DNA of 64,000 bases, taken from positions 790,234-854,233 of the forward strand of contig MU058669.1 in NCBI GenBank assembly GCA_013265495.1, in the 5' to 3' direction. Positions 56,441-64,000 of the stretch are shown in pieces. This stretch comes from Vicugna vicugna. Its lineage: Eukaryota. Positions within the stretch are counted from its first letter, which is position 1; every line of letters begins with the position of its first letter. Made by a program: the position numbers and the translations under genes. The notes beneath the pieces were generated by a model. That model ran no database searches, was not told the DNA's origin, and worked only from the letters and a program-made list of their open reading frames with translations.

Positions 56441-56889
56441 CCTCCTCATTTGCATATTCATAGCTGTATTCATATTCCCATTATCTCTGTTTTATTATTC
56501 TTTTTGCACAGACACAAGGAATTTGCCTTTAAATGCATGTGATAAGTGGGTACCAACATTGTTTCTTTCCCAAGAAGTCATTTCATTCACTCACTCACTC
56601 TCTCACTCAGTGACTTTTGAAAGAACACCGTTACATGCACCTCACTTTGTCTGGTGAACTGGGAGTTCATCGGTGAGAAAGGCAGACACAGTCCTTCCTC
56701 CAGGAGCTTATCGACAACAGGGAGGAAGGCATTATGCAACTGGGTATTATTTGTGGAAGAGATTTAGTCTGGGAAGAGGTTGAGGGACCTCAAGGATAGT
56801 ATCTTGTCCCCAGATATTAAGTGTCTTCTTTCCCTGTTAATAATAACAACGATGATGGTGATGGCTGTGATTAATATGGTGGTAATTAC

Positions 56890-57125
56890 TAACATTTACA
56901 GAGTGCTGATTTGGGGCCAAATACTACTCTGAGCACTTTTTAAAGTATTATTTCACTTAATTCACTTGAGAGCCCATGAGGTGGTAAACGATATCACATT
57001 CTTTTTTCCACAGATGAGGCAATAAAAGCTCAGAGAGGGTAGATAACTTCTGATATCACACAGCTACTGAGTATAAAGCCAGAATTCAAACCTAGGTCTG
57101 TCTGACCCCAGAGCCACCCTTACCA
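56890..57125 (-). mobile_element. MIR SINE (representative; many more MIR fragments occur, e.g. about 10280-10460, 27940-28100, 40300-40500, 58180-58400)
   Basis: MIR core cagatgagg...gctcagagagg...tcacacagcta...gaattcaaacctaggtctgtctgac. Confidence 0.75.
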
Positions 57126-57502
57126 ACTACTACAGCACCTCCCTAATAAAGAAACCATGCAGAAACCAAACGTGGCTGGGTTGGGTCCTGAGGGGCCGTG
57201 TGTGGAAGGAGGGCAAGCTCAGACTTACAGAAGGTGTAGACAGATCTCTCACCACTGGTGAGCAAGGAGCCTAAAGAGCAGTTTCTTCTCAGGACTGATA
57301 TAGCAGAGGGGCAGCAGCATGGAGCTGGGGGCTTGATAAGCTGTGCACGGACCAGAACTTCCAACTCTATAACATTTCACAGGAGGCAGTCTGCAACCAG
57401 ATGGTGGATATAGCTGACCACCCTGGTCCCCAAATACCCTGGTAAGACCTGAGATGACCTGACCGCTATCTCTTCCTCAGCTACCTTATGCAGTAGAAAT
57501 TA

Positions 57503-57999
57503 CAGCTGTCCCTTGGTATCCACAAGGAACTGGTTCCAGGAACTCCCGCAGATACCAAAATCTGCGGATGCTCAAGTTCCTTTTATAAAATGAAGCAGTA
57601 TTTGCATATAACGTATGCACATCCTCTGTATACTTTGTCATCTCTAGATTACTTATAATACTTGATAAAATGCAGATGCTATGCCAATAGCTATAAATAC
57701 AAACAAATGCTATGTGAGTAGTTGCTGGTGTGTGGCAGATTCACGTTTTGCTTTTGGGAACTTTCTGGATTTTTAAAAACTTTTTATTTTTTGGAGGGGA
57801 GGGTAATTAGGTTTATTTATTTGTTATTATTATTTTTAATGAAGGTACTGGGGATCGAACCCAGGACTTCATGCATGCTAAACATGTGCTCTACCACTAA
57901 GCTATACCCTCCCCACTGGATTTTCTTTTTCTAAATCTTTTTGACCTGTGGTTGGTTGCATCTGTGGATGTGGAACCCACAGATACGGAGGGCCAACTG
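57503..57999. mobile_element. MER2-like Tigger (TcMar) MITE with TA target duplication, interrupted by a SINE
   Basis: TIRs cagctgtcccttggtatcc / gatacggagggccaactg; TA at 57501-57502 and 58000-58001. Confidence 0.85.
57774..57915 (-). mobile_element. tRNA-derived SINE (camelid Vic-1-like) with 9-bp TSD
   Basis: Reverse complement reads ggggagggtatagcttagtggtagag (A box)...gggttcgatcccc (B box) plus an A-rich tail; TSD ctggatttt at 57765-57773 and 57916-57924. Confidence 0.9.
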
Positions 58000-59106
58000 T
58001 ATAATTATACTGAAATTCCATCAGTGTACAATGGATAATATATCCAATGGGAGTTTGAATTCCAGGTCTATTGCTGCAACTGCAGGCAAGATTCAAACGT
58101 AAGCCCTCTTATCAGGAGCCCGCCCTCCACCTTGCACCTGCCCCCAACTCCCCCGTGCTCAGCAGTCACATGGCACAGTAGTAAGAATATGGATTTTAGA
58201 GTTCTGTAGTCCTGGAGGGGAAGCCCAGCTCCTTAACTTTATAAACTTTGTGACTGGAAAACTTACTCATCTTTCTGAACCTGTTTCTTCATCTGAAAAG
58301 TAGGAATAATAGTACCAACCTCAAGGACTATTGTGAGGGTTTAATGCATCATCATTTAAGTATATATCATAGTGTCTGGAAAGTACCAGTCGTTCAATGA
58401 GCTGTCATTATCACTAAGGGTTTAAGGAATTCTAGCTCAGTGGCGCCAAATGCTGGGCACCAGGTTAGGCTGGCCATCCTATTCTTACTATCACATCACT
58501 TGGCTTTTGTCAGATTACTGAGAGCCAAACTCTGTTGACTCGTGCTTGCCTTCCTCCTCTGCAGCTCAGTCATGTGACATCTCTGAGCCTCAGTTCTCAC
58601 CTCTGTAAAATGGCGGTGATGAATTCTACGTTGCTCACTCCATAGGAGTAGCGTGAGGTTCAAAACCCAGTGGTGCGATCCATTCAAACACGTCACATAA
58701 GCTACAACATGGTGAAAAAATGGGACGGATTGCTGTTATTATTGTTGATATGAACCCCCCAGGAGGTGTAGACAGACCTGCTGGACGCTTTATAAGTTCT
58801 CAGGGGTTTGCTAGTTCTCTACAAGAATTTTTAAATGTTGCTCTTTTTAATTTCAGTGTAACTCAAATCATTCATATTAATAATCTATTCGTGTGCTCCA
58901 CCATGTGAGTACTCCTGTTTGCAGTCTCAGGGGCCTGAAGAGTATAACTATCAGCCATGCCATCACACCTCTGCCACACAGATTGTCGTCCAGATAAGCG
59001 ACAAACAAAATAATCTTTTACTGAACGGAAATAACTCATTATATAGGAATTCAAATTGTTTTCCAGTTGCTCCCCAGCTTTGTCTTTTGCTTTTTAAACT
59101 ATTAGG

Positions 59107-59280
59107 CTTTTTTAAAAAAATTGTTTATGTATGTATGTATTTATTTATTTATTTATTTTTGTTTTGGGGGGAGGTAATTAGGCTTATTTACTTGTTTATT
59201 TCAATGGAGGCACTAGGGATTGAATACTGGATCTTGTGCATGCTAAGCATGTGCTCTACCACTGAGCTATACCCTCCCCC
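59107..59280 (-). mobile_element. tRNA-derived SINE (camelid Vic-1-like) with 13-bp TSD
   Basis: Reverse complement reads ggggagggtatagctcagtggtagagcacatgcttagcatgca...; (TAAA)n/(TACA)n tail; perfect TSD ttaaactattagg at 59094-59106 and 59281-59293. Confidence 0.92.
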
Positions 59281-61811
59281 TTAAACTATTAGGTTACTTC
59301 ACTATATTGAAATGTTATCTTAAATGTTACCTTCTGTTAAATACTTTTTGCAATTAATTCAAAAGCTCCTTGTCAAATTTTTTATTCTGTCACTCAATAA
59401 AAACATGTTTCAAATAAAGGAATTGGATACTGAAACAAAAAAAGAATTTAACCATTAGCTCGTTGTCTCCCAAACTAGCTCTGTGGCCCCAGGGTAGGGG
59501 TCCACGTATCCCCCTTTTGAGAAATACTAGTTTGGTCTAAGATTTGCTGCAGATGCACCACAAAGATAAGACATATAACTCTAGAGGGCTCCAGCTGGTA
59601 GATGTCTGCTTTGATCACAATCTCAGAGCAGGTAGTCAAAGCAGAGTCAGTGCTGGGTTTGGAGCCGGACTGACAGCCAGACAGGAGAGCTTGGCTCTCC
59701 GGTGGGCTCTGGGGCCCAGGGGCTTCATTAAGAAATGATAGTACAGTTCACCAATTTCTACATCGTTTAAGTACACTTTATGGACATACCAGTGCTATGG
59801 AAACATAAATACACATCTATCCTAGCATATATAAAGTATGAATACATATATCAGCATATACATGTGCGTGCAAACATATGCACATACACATACACGCAAT
59901 ATGTGAATATGTACAGGTGGGTCGATTCGGTGTATGAAGTAAGGATCCCCCATCTATGAAGAACACTTTACATTTTTCAAAGCATGGTGACATTCAGCAA
60001 CATATTCGGTTTCCCCAGTGACTCCATGAGCATATCTAGTAGGAATTATTATTCCCAATATACAGATGAGGAAACTGAGGGCTGGAGAGTTGCCAAAGAT
60101 CACAAGCTGAGAGTGGTGTTTGGACAAAAAGCAAGGATTTTCTTTCTTTTTTTTTTTTTAATGACTCCCTGTTACAAAGCTCTCCTCTCTCACCCATGGT
60201 CTCCTTCCATCCTCCCTTCTAGCAACCCACTAAAGCCGAAAAAGCATCCCTCCAAAGTGATCTGTTAGAGGAATGCCGTTGGCTACTTTGAAGCTCGTGC
60301 ATTCTGACAGGGACGGAAGGAACTGCAAAATAAAGTGCAGCTCCCTCCTTTTGTTAAACCTTTCAAAAGCTTCCTTGGTTTCTAACTCTGTAATTACACC
60401 CTAATCAGAAACACTCGGAAGGAGGGGGTCAGTTCCATGCAGCAGCAGGCTAATTACGTGGCGGAATTTCTAAAACTGTTATCATCTTATAAATTGTTAT
60501 TCCTCTGAAGGAATACTCAACACTACATACTCAACTATGTTTCAAAGTGAATTAATTAGTAATCTGAAGCCTAATTATCAACTAATCTATTGGAACATGC
60601 AAGCCTTTTGTATTTGGATGGTATATGCAATTTGCATCCTATTAGCTGGCAGTTGTAAGAATTTGAGAGCTCATTAGGTCAGTTAAAAAAAAAAGAATAC
60701 AGATCAGAAGGATACAGACCCAAAGGGCTGACTTGGTAATGCTGTGACCGAGGGGTCACTTGGCAACAGATGGAGGCTGGCAATGTAATTACCTGAGGTC
60801 TTTCAGTGGCTTTGAGGCCACTGATGTGTAATTTCTGTCTTACCCTAGAGAGGTGATGATGTGTGCCCCCAGCCTTGTTCTGTGTATTCTCAAGCAGCAG
60901 GGTGCCCATACGGTCTGTAAGGAGAGATGTCCTGAGGTAGTGGAAAAGGCACTCGATGACTGGAGTGACTCGATGACTAGCTCCTAACCTTGGTGCTAGG
61001 CCTAGCTCTGTCACTGACTTGCTGTGTGACCCTGGCCAAGTCATACCACCTTGCTGGTTTGACTACAAGCAAATGTTTCCCTGCAGGCAAATGGAATTGA
61101 GATTGAGCTGATTTCCAAAGTCCCTTCTAGCACTAAGGACCTGAGGTTTGAAGAATGTCAAGAGTTCCTTCATTGCAAAGTCGAACATTTCATCCTCGCA
61201 AATGGCCTTTTAGGGTGAAACCCTTGGTTCCCCAAAATTCTCTGGACAGGTCCATTCCATTTAAAATGCAAATATCTCTGAGAAAAGTAACATATCTATT
61301 AATCGCAGATTGTAAATTAACCTGTCTCAATAACTCCTTATTTCCAGTTCTGATCCAGAAATATTAGAACAGCCAAGGCAAAGCAGTTTTGAAGGGGAAA
61401 GAAGGTTTAGACAGGGATTTGTCAGAGACTGGAGGTCAGCCCAGAAAGAGAGTCAGAGCTTAAGAATTAGGCAAGATGTTTTGGTCCCATTTTTAGAATC
61501 TGCCGTTTTATACCCAGACCCTGTGCCTTTGTTCTACTAATGATCTTTATTCCAAAAATAAGTAGAAAATACGTCTTTTGTTCACTTAATAAATATTGCT
61601 CATAGAAATAATCAACACAAAATAACATGGCTAAAACTGAGCGATGTGATTTGTAAAAGACAAAAAGCTAAAAATCATATCTTAATGGAAACATGGAAAA
61701 TCATAAAGATAGCCCAGAATAATAAGCAAACTTCATAGAAAAAGCTATCATTGAGGAACTCTCACAATTGCTCAAACTGTGACATGGCAAAATTTGTTAT
61801 TTATTAAAATT

Positions 61812-62412
61812 TGCTGAGGGATGCAGCCACTTTGGAAAACAGTTTTGGAATTCTTCAAAGTATTAAACATAGAGTTACAATATATTCCAGAAATTTCACT
61901 CCTAGGGGTATGCTCAAGAGAAAAACCTAAACAGAAATGTTCATAGTAGCATTATTCACAGCAGTCAAAAAGTGAAAACAACCCAAATGTCCATCAACCA
62001 ATGAATGGATAAACCAAAATGGACACATCCATATAACATAACGTTATTTGGCAATAAGAAGGAATGAAGTACTGATACACATACTACATGGATGACCTTG
62101 AAAACATGCCAGTCACAAAGGACTATATATTTTATGAATCCACTTGTATGTTATGTCCAGAAAAGGGAAATCCATAGAGATAGAAAGTAAATTGCTGGTT
62201 GGCTAGGACTGTAGGAATTTGGCAGAGGGGGTGATGAGGAGTAACTGCTAGTGGGTATGGGGTTTCTTTTTGGGGTGATGAAAAAGTTTTAAAGTTGGAT
62301 TGTGGTGATGGTTTCACAATTCTGTGAATATACATAGAACCATTGAATTGTACACTTTAAGTGGATGCACTGTATGGCATGTGAATCTTAGTAAAACTCT
62401 TGGGGAAAAAAA
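61812..62412 (+). mobile_element. L1MB-like 3' end (ORF2 end and 3'UTR)
   Basis: gcagccactttggaaaacag, caacccaaatgtccatcaac, aaggaatgaagtactgatac, ggggtgatgaaaa, cattgaattgtacacttta. Confidence 0.85.
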
Positions 62413-63184
62413 GACAAAGGCAAAATAAAGTTACATTTGGCTCTGGGAAAAAACTACTTCCAGAATCAAATTTGATGATTAAAAAAGGTAGATGAGCAAG
62501 ACATGACCCAGGAAAAAGAAACTTGCCAGAAACAATGGCCACAAAAGAAGACTCATAATGGTGCATGCTACTAGGTAAAATTTACTGTGTACAAAAAATT
62601 ATTTTATGAATCAATTCTTCATGCCATGGAAAATAATTGCACCCAATAAAAATAACTGCAGTACCTTAAAATGAAAATAAAAATCTTCTGTGAAAGAGAG
62701 CTTAGCTATGCCACATAAAAATGATAAAAACTAAATTGACATAATACTGTTCATGCTGTAAAACTGTTTCTGGCTAAAGATTTGTCAATGCTAGTATCAC
62801 TATGATTTAAATGCTTGTATTTATAAAGAGTAAAACTATCATCGGTGTCAAAACAGAAGGTCGAAATCAGTGGAGTCAAAATGTCTTGTATCCATTTAAA
62901 GATGTGGTGATTTTGTCCTTATTGCCCAGTGGCAGACCAATAAAAGCTGGAATTGTGATGACTGATGAAGGCCTGCCCCCCAGCACCATCTCTTCCAAGG
63001 AAGCTTAGAGATTCATCATGAGTGTGCTGTGGTTTGACAAGTCATGATGTGGAGGGAAGAAGGTTAAAGCTCAGAATTTTTCCTCCCACCCACACAATTC
63101 CCACCAGCCAGGGACAACAGAAGCAAGCCAGTTCCCAAACACGGAAAGACTCCGTCTTTGAGACCTGCAGTGTCCTCTACTCAC

Positions 63185-63238
63185 CAGATTTGCAAGGATG
63201 TAGTGGTAGCCAATGCCATTTTTCTCCAGCTTTATAAT
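63185..63238 (-). CDS. GRIA1: GRIA1 exon 5 (54 nt, phase 0/0): IIKLEKNGIGYHYILANL, amino-terminal domain
   Basis: Read manually; absent from the ORF track. Acceptor AG at 63240-63239 and donor GTGAGT from 63184. The peptide matches AMPA receptor ATD sequence and joins in frame to GFMDIDL. Confidence 0.96.
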
Positions 63239-64000
63239 CTACAAGACACACAAGAGGGGCTCCATTAATCATACTGACAATTGAAGCTACAACTGACACT
63301 AATTGAGTTCTGACTCTGTGCCCTGTCCTACCCTAAGTACTCAGAGTACAGTATCACAGCCATCCAAAGATGGTGGCATTGCTGATATCCTTGTTTCACA
63401 GATGAAGAATCGAGGCATTGTGAAGTTAAATAAATTCCCTAAGGTACCCAGTTATTAAGTAGCTGGTGCAAGATTTGAAATCAGTTTTGCTTGATTCCAG
63501 GGATAGACTAGTGTTATCATAATCCCAAGGTTCCAGCTGAACCAGCTGAAATGCTCTCTTTGCTTCTTCCGTAAAATCTTCCCCGTACATGGAGATTCTT
63601 CCCAGGCAGACTGGGAATCGTATGTTGAATTCCCCGTCATTGTTATAACAGTGGCTGCTGCTTGGATGGACAGCTGGGTGGATGGGTGGATGGGCAGATG
63701 TATGGTCAAATGAGTAGGTGGATAATTCCAGCCCAGCTCTTGACCTTCAAATCCTTGCATGGACCATATTCAGATACAGTTCCTTCTTTCCTGAACTTTG
63801 TGCCGTCTTCCCTAACCCAGTTGGTACTCTGACATCAATGAGCCACTCAACCTAGAAGCTGGAAGCAAATGTCAGGATCACCTGGCCCAACCTCTCCATG
63901 TACAGATGGGAAGTCCAGGCTCAGAGATGGGGAGTGATTTGCCAGATCTCACAGAAGTCTGATAGCAGGGTCAGGACAGGAACCTGACTATTGTGACCCT

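Noticed and set aside
57774..57915. tRNA-like A/B boxes (also 59107-59280)
   Set aside because: SINE heads with A-rich tails and TSDs, not tRNA genes.

Overview
Mammalian genomic DNA (CpG-depleted, repeat-rich) lying entirely inside one gene on the minus strand: the AMPA-type glutamate receptor subunit GRIA1 (GluA1). Seven coding exons (exons 5-11 by human numbering, recalled from memory; 1178 coding nt) were mapped to GT-AG boundaries. They include a 54-nt exon at 63185-63238 that the ORF track misses. They encode the distal amino-terminal domain, the S1 ligand-binding lobe, M1 and the M2 pore loop with a genomic Q codon. The rest is intron containing L1, L2, L3/CR1, MIR, MaLR/ERVL LTRs, hAT/Tigger MITEs and two young tRNA-derived SINEs that suggest a camelid genome. 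I see no convincing new biological system. The best leads are small cis-elements: a multi-unit heat-shock element, a duplicated branch-point region, POU/homeodomain/MEF2 motif clusters, and inverted repeat pairs in the pre-mRNA. Repeat family names and boundaries are by eye and approximate.
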